32,000 nt of DNA from Candidatus Nitrospira inopinata (lineage in GTDB: Bacteria; Nitrospirota; Nitrospiria; Nitrospirales; Nitrospiraceae), in the NCBI RefSeq assembly GCF_001458695.1, contig NZ_LN885086.1, forward strand, positions 690,001 to 722,000, written 5' to 3'. A model generated the notes under the pieces. The model made no database searches, was not told the origin of the DNA, and saw only the letters and a list, made by a program, of their open reading frames with translations. A program made the position numbers and the translations under genes. Numbering within the stretch: position 1 is the first letter of the stretch; each line of letters begins with the position of its first letter. This document shows, one piece after another, positions 1 to 8,009 of the stretch.

Positions 1-599
1 CAGTCATAACGTTTGGCCTCCTCGTTCAGACACAGATTTTTTATGAGACAAAGACAACAAGGCAAAGAACAGAGAAGAGAAAGAACTTGTTCGCGAAAGA
101 ATGTGCTGGACCACGGCCATCCAGGTGCTGTTTATCGTGTTGTTTATCGCAGTCGACGGGAATCTCTTTCGGCGCGGAACTGACACCGCTCTGCTTTGAT
201 CTCCAGCCGAATGTTTATAACGATTCGAGCGGGATTTTTCAAGAGACCTTGCTTCCTCCTGCACCTTACCCCACAAACTCCGAGATGCGCCGCCGACTGA
301 CCATATCTGCAACCATCTTACTACCTGTCGGGCGAAGAGGGAACCCTCCCTCCCGTAAAAAACGAGAGCCGGCCCCGCCGAGAAACATTGCTCGTCAGGT
401 AAAGGAAACGCGAGGCTCCTCTCCGAGATGGCAACCGACCCAAAAAGGACGCCTCGGAGATGAGCGGGGTTTCCCATTCAGAGAAGAGGGGCAAGAAAAT
501 GCGCCGCCACGGGGTCTCGTTAAATTCAACGTCGGCGTGTAACGGAGGCTTATCCCTTCCTCCTTACGGCCGCCTATCATACCCTTCATCTCGCTTTTC

Positions 600-1037
600 T
601 TATGTTCCGTCGTCTTTCATGGCGGCGAGATGCTTCATCGCTTCTCGTGCCGCGGCGCGAGCCTTGATCGCAGGGTTCAGGCTGGCTCCCGGGTCCACCT
701 TATCACCCATTTCTTCGACCCGTTTACAATGTTTGATGGCTTCCTCCAAATGCGGCGCGGCCTCCCTGCCTTGACTATTGCCGGCAGGCAACAGTTTGAG
801 GATGGCCTGAGCTTGCCTGGACACTTCGGCGCAATGATGCAGAATAGCCCTCCCGTCACCCATTCCGCCGTGCATCACCATTTCCTCGGCGTCTCTTACC
901 ATCGCCTGGCCTTGTTCTTGAATCTGCTTGATGGAGGCCGCGTGAACGGGCGCAGTCCCCATGACCAGCCAACCCAACAGCATGAATACAAAGAACTTTG
1001 GGGAGACCTTCCTTTTCATCATCGCCTGCTTGCTCAC
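600..1037 (-). CDS. small secreted His/Cys/Met-rich helical protein, SmbP-like putative metal-binding protein
   Basis: 145-aa ORF. The GTG start at 1037 overlaps the upstream stop as GTGA (1034-1037); an alternative ATG lies at 1022. Signal peptide KRKVSPKFFVFMLLGWLVMGTAPVHA/AS. The mature part is helical, with repeated His/Cys spacing (ILHHCAEV, HLEEAIKHCK) and a Met/His patch (MVMHGGMGDG), reminiscent of small metal-binding proteins. Confidence 0.6.
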   Translation of the reverse strand: MSKQAMMKRKVSPKFFVFMLLGWLVMGTAPVHAASIKQIQEQGQAMVRDAEEMVMHGGMGDGRAILHHCAEVSRQAQAILKLLPAGNSQGREAAPHLEEAIKHCKRVEEMGDKVDPGASLNPAIKARAAAREAMKHLAAMKDDGT

Positions 1038-1804
1038 CTCGTCTCAAACACAAATTCGATCGCGGCCGTCCCCTTCGGTCCGACCGTCACGTCTTGTTCC
1101 CGAGCGCCCAGCGCCGGATGCCAGGCCTTGATACGGTAGGTGCCGGCCGGCAAATCGTCAATTATGAACGAGCCGGTCTCGCCGGTCACCGCATAATACG
1201 GATTGTCGATCGCATAGCCCCAGTTCTGCATATAGGGATGCATACCGCACTGCATGGTGAAGACCTTTCGGCCCTTGACAAGATTTACGACGTCCGTCGT
1301 GCCGGTCGCCTTCAGCGACGGCCTATGCAGAACAATGTCCACGCCCGATTGATCGTAGGCGTACCCCTGAATGTCGTGCGACACGGGATCTCGATTTGTG
1401 ACGGTCAACTGCCGTTTATCGCTGACGACCGTGACAAACGGTAAAAACTGGCAGACGACGGCCTCCACTTTGGCGTCCGTAAAGGTAAACGGCTTGCCGC
1501 TCTGGACTCCTTCTATCACGACCACAACGTCCTTGAGTCCCCCGCCTTGCCCGACCTGGACCTCCGTCATGAACCGCCGCCCGTTTCCATCCGACAACGC
1601 GCCGCAAAACACCTGGTCAGGATACCGGCGCAGCTCGAATTCCTTGGGCGGCGGAATCGCGCCTTGAAATGTGACGGTTCCTCGCACAGTGGCGCCGTCG
1701 GTCACAGTTCGCGATTCATAGGCCCAACTGTATTCATCTTGCGAGAGCCCTGCCGTGAACACCCAGGCAATCAGGCCGACTCCCATCATGGTGGATCGTT
1801 TCAC
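1034..1804 (-). CDS. secreted type-1 (blue) copper cupredoxin-domain protein with C-terminal carboxypeptidase-regulatory-like beta-sandwich
   Basis: 256-aa ORF. GTG start with GGAGGAGG Shine-Dalgarno about 7 nt upstream, and a GTGA overlap with the upstream stop (1801-1804). Signal peptide MMGVGLIAWVFTAGLS. Blue-copper ligand pattern H143 ... C186-G-M-H189-P-Y-M192 (nt 1229-1249), the same C-x2-H-x2-M spacing as amicyanin. The C-terminal GSFIIDDLPAGTYRIKAWHP...VTVGPKGTAAIEFVF is typical of CarboxypepD_reg-like domains. Confidence 0.75.
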   Translation of the reverse strand: MKRSTMMGVGLIAWVFTAGLSQDEYSWAYESRTVTDGATVRGTVTFQGAIPPPKEFELRRYPDQVFCGALSDGNGRRFMTEVQVGQGGGLKDVVVVIEGVQSGKPFTFTDAKVEAVVCQFLPFVTVVSDKRQLTVTNRDPVSHDIQGYAYDQSGVDIVLHRPSLKATGTTDVVNLVKGRKVFTMQCGMHPYMQNWGYAIDNPYYAVTGETGSFIIDDLPAGTYRIKAWHPALGAREQDVTVGPKGTAAIEFVFETR

Positions 1805-2415
1805 TGTTGTTCCTCCTCCGAATGTTGGCCGCCAGAAGACGGCGCTTGCATGGACTCCCGCGGAACCGCCGGGTCGAGTCGCTGGGGAAGCTCAAACAGG
1901 TAGGGCGACTGTTCGGTAAAGACGACTCTGCGGAACTCTTCCGACCACTGCCCCTGCTTGCTCACCGTCTTCAGGGGGAACCGTTGCGCCTTCGTCACCC
2001 AACGGTAGTATTGTCTGACGGTTCCGTCCTCTTTGACGGTGACCTCGAAGAGTTCCGTGGGATGTCCTTGCAGTGTTTCGTCTCCCACAAATTCGCGCGA
2101 AATTTCCCCTTCCATGGTCTCGCTGACCACCAGCTTATGGTCGCTCGCGATCGGCACCTCGAGGTATAGCCGCCGTTTGGAGAAAATAAGCCATGAACTT
2201 CGGCGGTCCATCCTCACGATAATGACGCTGGCCCCCCCCTGCGGATAGCTGAACTCAAACCGCCAGCGATCGGCCTTGGCGTTGACATGGGCCGTGACCA
2301 CGGACGTTCCGTTTTTGACGATCCGGTCGGCTGAAAAATCAAGCGCCGCCACCTCATCGGTCAACGCGCCACAGGCGATCGACACCAGTCCGACGAAAAT
2401 CCTTACAAGCCGCAT
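1801..2415 (-). CDS. exported LolA-like / DUF4412-like protein
   Basis: The ORF is open to 2577, but its first 54 codons are Pro/Arg-rich and look non-coding. ATG at 2415 begins a signal-like segment MRLVRIFVGLVSIACGAL. I found no clear SD, so the start is uncertain. The body (ADRWRFEF...VIIVRMDRRSSWLIF...LYLEVP...VGDETLQGHPTELFEV...FELPQ) has the look of LolA-fold periplasmic proteins. The stop overlaps the next start. Confidence 0.55.
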   Translation of the reverse strand: MRLVRIFVGLVSIACGALTDEVAALDFSADRIVKNGTSVVTAHVNAKADRWRFEFSYPQGGASVIIVRMDRRSSWLIFSKRRLYLEVPIASDHKLVVSETMEGEISREFVGDETLQGHPTELFEVTVKEDGTVRQYYRWVTKAQRFPLKTVSKQGQWSEEFRRVVFTEQSPYLFELPQRLDPAVPRESMQAPSSGGQHSEEEQQ

Positions 2416-2534
2416 ATTGTTTGTCAGAGGTTTTACCGTATCGCCGGGCCCCGTGCAAGTCCGGTCCAGGACCCGTAAGCAGGCAGTATGTTGTGACGGT
2501 GGAGGCGGACGGTCACGCTCGATCCTAAGTGCGG

Positions 2535-2575
2535 ACAAACAAATGGGGAACCCCGTGGCATCCACAAGGTTCCCC
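2535..2575 (-). terminator. intercistronic hairpin plus T-rich tract just downstream of the oxidase stop codon
   Basis: The minus strand reads GGGGAACC-tt-GTGG-atg-CCAC-gg-GGTTCCCC (2575-2545), followed by ATTTGTTTGT. This gives an 8-bp outer stem and a 4-bp inner stem, 29 nt after the stop at 2604. Confidence 0.4.
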
Positions 2576-2603
2576 ACTTTCTCGAACCCGTTCTCGAACG
2601 GAC

Positions 2604-5600
2604 TCAGTCGGCCTTCATAGATACAGGAAGGGACTGAACCGGACTCTCTTCTTCAGCCCGTTGTACGGCCGGTACTTGCCCGTCCAACGGCAAGATCGCC
2701 CGACTATCCCGATCCAGAACCTTCAGCATTCCCCAGTGTCCGGCATCCAGATACCCCGGACGTTGGTTAAGCCATAGATAGTCTCCGGGAATTCCGTTCG
2801 GCCCTCCGGCTCCACCGTGCAGCCAGGCATTGAAGACCTCGGCCCCACCGAACTCCATGGTGCTCACGAGATCCGCGCCGCTCATGTAGGGCTCATGTTT
2901 CCACTCATGGCCCGACACGCTGAACAGTTGAACCTGCTCGCTGAACGCGCCCAGCACGTGGATCACCACCGGATCGCCCACGTGCGCCACAATGGTCGGC
3001 GTCACCGGCTGATCACCGGCCTTGACGCAGGCGAACACTTCGCTGTAGGCGCACCCCTTCTCGGTTCGGTAATCCGTCGGCTCCGACCGATAATTCACCG
3101 CGGTCACGCCCGCCACCTTTTGGATGTATGGCATGAAGCTCGTGCCGCTGATGTTGTCCTCGTCCTGGAACAGGAGCGCAAAGGACCGGTAGTTCCGCCG
3201 GTTCTCGTTGCCCGGCACGGTCCGATCGACGATCACGTCCGCCCGCCAGGAACTCTTCTGAGCCAGGTCTTCGCCGCTCACCGGATCCCGGTATCGCGAC
3301 CCCTTCGGGCCGATCACGATCGCGCCAAAGAGCCCATTGCGGGGGTTTTCGATCACATTGCCCCAATCCTGAATCAGAGCGACATTCTCCCCGAATTCCG
3401 GATGGGCATAGAAGGTATAGGTCCGGCTTTGCCCCGGCGCGACCGTTTGGTCGCCGGGATTATACCCGGCATTGATCCCCATCGATTCCTTGGGATCGTA
3501 GGCCAGATTGTCCACGTGGAACCCGGCGCGATCCTTGGCCATTTCGTTTCTCAAATTGACCTTGATGCAATCGCCGACGTTCACGTGCAGGGTCAGCGGG
3601 CTCGGCTCAAGACTGCCAGCCGCGACCTTGGCCTTTTCGCCTTCGAGCACGTACATCTTGCCGCTTTCGTTGCCCAACAACATCTTCCGCTCCAAGTCGA
3701 CCTCCATGACGCCGGGCGCTCCCTTGTTGTAGCGGATCGCCTTGTCGATGGCCGTCACGTTGAAGGTCTTCACCGGCGCGTCGGCGGGACACACGGACGT
3801 GGCCGCCTGCGGAATTTCATCCCGCCCCGGCAGCGGCTTCAAGGTGGGGTCCGGTTTGTCAAGCACACGGAAGATACCCCAACTCCCCTCCGCGAAGTGC
3901 GACGCGCGACCGCTGTAGTACAGATAATCGCCTGCCATCCGTTGCGGTCCGCCGGCGGCCGGAATCGCCGCGTCGTACCGTTCCCCAATCACCACATGGA
4001 GCGTGCTCCTCGGAATCGAGTTTTTGCTGTAGCGCTCCATCGGGAACCAGTGTCCGCTGATATGCCAGGAGTGCACCTCGTTCGCCGATCCTTCAATCAA
4101 CCGCACGACGACCGGATCACCCAGATACGCCCGTAGGATCGGCGTCTCGGGATCTCCGTGAATCCGGCTGTTGAACAGTTGCGACGGATCGGGATTGTTC
4201 GCCAACCTGACGGACAGCGGCTCCACGCGCATGTTGTAGCCGCCTCCCGTCGTCGCTTCGCCGCCGTTGAGGAACCACATCGGCGACTTATTCAGCTTGG
4301 CCGGATAGACCGCGGAAGGAGTGCCGTCCACGGAAATCGCTCCGACCTTCGCCTGCGGGTTATCGGCCGTGATCAACTCCGCCGCCCGCGGATTGGAATC
4401 CATGACCTGCGTCACGATCTCGCGGAACGAACCGGAGATGTGGGCGGACACCGGTTCGGTAGTATGGATGTCGGCCACCGGACCGCTGCGGATTTCCTTG
4501 CCCGTCACCGGATCATGATACGTGGACCGCGGCGGCTCGGCGATGAAGGTCGAGTAAAACCCATGCCCCCACCCGTCCAATCCGAACACGTGGTCATGCC
4601 AGAACGTCGTGCCGAAATCGGCGTCCACGTACCACCGTTCGCGAATCCATTCCACCGACACGATCTCGCCCTTCTTGTGGTGATATTTCAACGGGCGCTC
4701 GAAGGTGATCGTGTTCCCCTCGATCTTGCTGATACGAGCCGCTTCAAATCGGCCCACCTCGTCCATCCCCACGCCCAGTTCGGTTTTGACGTGGTAGCGC
4801 GAAGCGTCTTTCACCTTGATGCTGGTGGCCCCCTTCTGCACGTCGGCCTCGATGGTCGTATTCATCGGGACCGGCATCCCTTTGCCCGGGTGCTCGTCCT
4901 TCAAAATGGTGAAGGGCCGCAGCGACATCTCATAGGAGAACCCGATGATGGGACCGTCGGATGCCTGCGTATCGAATTGGAACATGTGCGGGTGCAGATT
5001 CGTCTTGCTCGAGAACCCTTGCCGCTGGTCGTCCTTCAACTCGCTGGAGTACAGGACGTCGATGCAATCCTGCACGTTCCCGCGAATCACCAACGGCATC
5101 TGCTTGGCGGGATTCTTCCTGACTTCCTCCTCCTCTTCGTGCAGCACGTAGAGCAACCCGTCCGGATCCACGATGGCCGGCGTCTTGGCCGTCGCCTTCT
5201 TGAGCGTGATCGGGAGCGTGATCGCGTGAATATTGAACTCCTTGATCGGCGCCCCTTCCGGACAAAGACTCCACGGTCCGTTCTCACCCGGCTTGGCCGG
5301 CTCGGTGGAATTACTGCCGTCGTCGCGGCGATGAATCGGCTCCAACCACGGCGCCCCGCTGTGACTCGGCGAGAACGGCACGCGACGGCCGAGGTGCGGC
5401 CTCAACCAAGGCCAGGCGACCTTGCCGCTCCGAGGATCGAAGAGAATATCCTGCCGTTTCCCCGGCGTCGCCGACTTGTAGTTGACCCATTCATAGGTGG
5501 TCTCCGGTTCGCTGAGCGCCTTGTTCCCCTGCCAGGCCCAGTCGTTCACCGTTGCGTCATAGGCCAGCGTCTGCTCCTTCTCGGTGTTCTTGTGGCCCGG

Positions 5601-7367
5601 TTTGCCCTGTGGCGGCAACTGCATTTCCACCCAATCCTTCAAGGACACTTTCACCGGATTGGCTTTCCAGTCGGTCTTATCCTTCGTAATCTCGAACTTC
5701 TTGCCGCCGTACCAATCGACCGTGGTGCCCACGAGCTTGTCGCTGGAAACGCCCGGCTTCATGCGCCCGATTCGATCCGGCAATTCGGCCAGGGGCTTCA
5801 TCACATCGGTCTGGTACCCCGGCGCCTGCAACGTGTTGTACACGCGCCAGAACCCCCACATGCCCGTCACATAGTGCTGCGGGATATGGCAATGAAACAC
5901 GAATTCCCCCGCCAGGGCTTGGAGACCTCCCGATCCCCCTTCGATCACCTGGTCATAGACTTCCGTCGGTCCGATGGACTGCACGTCCAACCGATCCGAC
6001 GAATCGCTGATCAAGGGGAACTTCACCGGACCGTTCTTGGACACCGCGAAGTCGAGATTGCTGATACCGGGCTGGCGAGCCCAACGAATCGATCCACCGT
6101 GCAGATGGTGCGAGTGGACGATCTCCGACCCGCCCGCCATGCGGAACTTGGCCGGGTCGCCGAGATACGAACGTGGGATCGTCGTGGCAGGATCGCCGAA
6201 CGTATAGGAACCGTAGGCCATGGACTCATCGCCATAGAACCCCATATGGGCCTGCAACTCGATGCGCGTCCCATGGGGTTCGCTGCGATAATTGAGCAGC
6301 CGGGCTCCCGGCCGATAGGAATCGGTGTGCGGGTCCCGCTGCGGCAACATTTCGCCGTTCTTGTTCAACAACCGGAAGGCTTCGTCGCCGGCCTCATGAT
6401 AGAAAATGGCGAATTCCCGGAAATCCGGTCCGTTGGGATCTTCGATCATCGCCTCCCAGCCGCTCGCCATCGGCTTCCCGTCGAACGGGCTCAAGTACCG
6501 AGATCCGCGCGGTTCGACGACCAGCATGCCGATCAGACCCAAATTGAATTGCTCACGCGATGCGTGGGATCGGAAGAAGCGCGCTCCTTCCTGCGTATCC
6601 GGCTTGATATACCATTCGAACCGTTGCTGATTCCCGGGCGCCACGGTCGCCTCCGGATTCGACGGAGTGGCCGGCTTGCCGGTGGCGCTCACGACCATCG
6701 ACGACCCGTTGATCACGAGATTCGTCGGTTCGCCGTCAAGCTCGTTATGGAGAGTCAGCTTGAGACAGTCGCCCTGGTTCGCCCGAATCACGAGCGGCTG
6801 AATGACGTCGCCTTGCAACCCGTTCGACACCGCACCGGGGTCATTTTCCTTTTCCCGCGCTTCTCTGTTTGCGGTTTCCTCCGCGCGCGCTTTTTCGACG
6901 TTCTCCTTCAGCACGTACATATAGCCTGGGAAAAAGTCGAGAAACCGATTCAACGTGATTTCGATATTGATGGCCGAAACGTGATACTCCTTCACCGGCG
7001 CGTTCGCCGGACACCGATGCCCGGCGCCCACGGCGACCTTGTCCGGGTCTTCCGCCACCAACAGCACACCTTGCTGCATCATGTGATTGTCGGCGCCGGC
7101 GCTGTACCCGCCTTTCTGCCGCACGAACTCTTGCTGGCGCTTCACCTCCTCCATCATGCGGTCGTGCAGAATGCCTCCCCCTTCCCGATAAATCACCTTC
7201 TCCGCCTGCGCCGTGCCCGCATCACCATGCCCCTTGTGTGACTGATCCGCAGCCGGCGCCTGCGGCGGAACCATCAAGCCCATACCGGCCGCCAACAGCA
7301 GGCTGCGGAACAGCGCCGTCCCGCTTCTTTGTCGCCTGCGGCGTGGTTCACATCCCCTTGACCTCAT
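2604..7367 (-). CDS. giant six-cupredoxin-domain multicopper oxidase (MnxG/MofA size class), exported
   Basis: 1587-aa ORF. ATG with GGGAGGAGG SD about 7 nt upstream. Arg-rich signal RRRRQRSGTALFRSLLLAAGMGLMVPPQAPAA. Canonical MCO ligand motifs: HSHHLH (nt 6099-6116), HCHIPQHYVTGM (nt 5859-5894), HPH (nt 4986-4994) and WHDH (nt 4590-4598). Three-fold internal repeat, each unit opening with CPxxAP[VI]Kx[YF] at aa 119, 702 and 1193. Confidence 0.93.
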   Translation of the reverse strand: MRSRGCEPRRRRQRSGTALFRSLLLAAGMGLMVPPQAPAADQSHKGHGDAGTAQAEKVIYREGGGILHDRMMEEVKRQQEFVRQKGGYSAGADNHMMQQGVLLVAEDPDKVAVGAGHRCPANAPVKEYHVSAINIEITLNRFLDFFPGYMYVLKENVEKARAEETANREAREKENDPGAVSNGLQGDVIQPLVIRANQGDCLKLTLHNELDGEPTNLVINGSSMVVSATGKPATPSNPEATVAPGNQQRFEWYIKPDTQEGARFFRSHASREQFNLGLIGMLVVEPRGSRYLSPFDGKPMASGWEAMIEDPNGPDFREFAIFYHEAGDEAFRLLNKNGEMLPQRDPHTDSYRPGARLLNYRSEPHGTRIELQAHMGFYGDESMAYGSYTFGDPATTIPRSYLGDPAKFRMAGGSEIVHSHHLHGGSIRWARQPGISNLDFAVSKNGPVKFPLISDSSDRLDVQSIGPTEVYDQVIEGGSGGLQALAGEFVFHCHIPQHYVTGMWGFWRVYNTLQAPGYQTDVMKPLAELPDRIGRMKPGVSSDKLVGTTVDWYGGKKFEITKDKTDWKANPVKVSLKDWVEMQLPPQGKPGHKNTEKEQTLAYDATVNDWAWQGNKALSEPETTYEWVNYKSATPGKRQDILFDPRSGKVAWPWLRPHLGRRVPFSPSHSGAPWLEPIHRRDDGSNSTEPAKPGENGPWSLCPEGAPIKEFNIHAITLPITLKKATAKTPAIVDPDGLLYVLHEEEEEVRKNPAKQMPLVIRGNVQDCIDVLYSSELKDDQRQGFSSKTNLHPHMFQFDTQASDGPIIGFSYEMSLRPFTILKDEHPGKGMPVPMNTTIEADVQKGATSIKVKDASRYHVKTELGVGMDEVGRFEAARISKIEGNTITFERPLKYHHKKGEIVSVEWIRERWYVDADFGTTFWHDHVFGLDGWGHGFYSTFIAEPPRSTYHDPVTGKEIRSGPVADIHTTEPVSAHISGSFREIVTQVMDSNPRAAELITADNPQAKVGAISVDGTPSAVYPAKLNKSPMWFLNGGEATTGGGYNMRVEPLSVRLANNPDPSQLFNSRIHGDPETPILRAYLGDPVVVRLIEGSANEVHSWHISGHWFPMERYSKNSIPRSTLHVVIGERYDAAIPAAGGPQRMAGDYLYYSGRASHFAEGSWGIFRVLDKPDPTLKPLPGRDEIPQAATSVCPADAPVKTFNVTAIDKAIRYNKGAPGVMEVDLERKMLLGNESGKMYVLEGEKAKVAAGSLEPSPLTLHVNVGDCIKVNLRNEMAKDRAGFHVDNLAYDPKESMGINAGYNPGDQTVAPGQSRTYTFYAHPEFGENVALIQDWGNVIENPRNGLFGAIVIGPKGSRYRDPVSGEDLAQKSSWRADVIVDRTVPGNENRRNYRSFALLFQDEDNISGTSFMPYIQKVAGVTAVNYRSEPTDYRTEKGCAYSEVFACVKAGDQPVTPTIVAHVGDPVVIHVLGAFSEQVQLFSVSGHEWKHEPYMSGADLVSTMEFGGAEVFNAWLHGGAGGPNGIPGDYLWLNQRPGYLDAGHWGMLKVLDRDSRAILPLDGQVPAVQRAEEESPVQSLPVSMKAD

Positions 7368-7611
7368 ACACGGCCTCCTCCCTCTTGTGTCCGCCCGTAA
7401 AGCGGAACGTTGAACGATGACAGAACAACTCTCTACGGTATGCTTTTCCGTCTCCGCAGATCCTCGCTCGCTGCCTTAGTAAGGATCCCGGCCTCCTCTG
7501 AGACTCCGGCCTCTTCGTCTAGAGGAAAAGAGCTGGTGAAGGGTTCCTTCTTGCGAAGGAATGGGTCATTCGGAGGCCGGTCCAAAATCACCCAAAACCT
7601 TCACCAGCAAC
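7368..7611 (-). promoter_or_regulatory. structured 5' leader of the oxidase gene
   Basis: 11-bp perfect inverted repeat GCTGGTGAAGG / CCTTCACCAGC (7532-7542 / 7598-7608). It encloses a 7-bp hairpin TTCCTTC-ttgc-GAAGGAA (7544-7561) and, on the RNA, is followed by UCUUUUCCUCU. One GGAGGCCGG (plus strand, 7573-7580; CCGGCCUCC on the RNA) is complementary to three CCGGCCTC(C) copies (plus strand, 7506-7513, 7488-7496, 7371-7380; GGAGGCCG-type on the RNA). The last copy is the SD region. Confidence 0.4.
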
Positions 7612-7621
7612 CGTTTGGTAG

Positions 7622-7637
7622 AGCAACTGGCATGCCG
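7622..7637 (-). promoter_or_regulatory. candidate sigma-54 (-24/-12) promoter of the oxidase operon
   Basis: The minus strand reads CGGCATGCCAGTTGCT, against the consensus TGGCACG-N4-TTGCW. GG and GC have exact 10-nt spacing, and GGCA, G7 and TTGCT match. It sits about 255 nt upstream of the ATG at 7367. Confidence 0.45.
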
Positions 7638-7754
7638 AACGGACCGCTCTTCTCTTCAACGGGCGGAATCCGCTGAAAACACGGCAATCTAAACATGGAC
7701 GTCCCTTTGTCAGAAAAAGCAATCCCGCTCTTCTCGAAAGTCCCAAGACTCCAC

Positions 7755-7823
7755 AGGATTGGACAGCCATGGATATGCTCCGGATCAACTTCATGATTTC
7801 AACCAGTTAGACTGTCCAATCCT
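7755..7823. promoter_or_regulatory. 12-bp perfect inverted repeat, candidate enhancer (UAS) for an enhancer-binding protein
   Basis: AGGATTGGACAG (7755-7766) and CTGTCCAATCCT (7812-7823) are separated by 45 nt. They lie about 145-210 nt upstream of the transcription start predicted from the sigma-54 element. Confidence 0.3.
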
Positions 7824-8009
7824 TTTGACAATCATACTGGTGCAACTGGGGTAATTCGGTGCACTCAAACCGCGACTGTTTGATACCCGTTCCGAAGAAG
7901 ACTCCCCCAAGGGATGCCCCAGCGGGAATGCCAACACGATCCGGCCGGACCGTCGGCGCTCATCGGGCGTCTTTTCAACCTTTCGTCGACTGTGCCCGGA
8001 TTGAGAAAT

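Noticed and set aside
541-575. Bulged hairpin GTAA(C)GGAGG...CCTCCTTAC as terminator of the oxidase operon
   Set aside because: No U-rich tract follows it on the minus strand. It is kept only as a note under the unassigned-region finding.
2817-7241. Long plus-strand ORFs (439 aa at 2817-4136 and 1027 aa at 4158-7241) antisense to the oxidase gene
   Set aside because: These are mirror-frame artefacts of a high-GC gene. The translations are Arg/His/Leu/Pro-rich with no motifs and no SD-like starts, while the opposite strand carries canonical multicopper oxidase ligand motifs.
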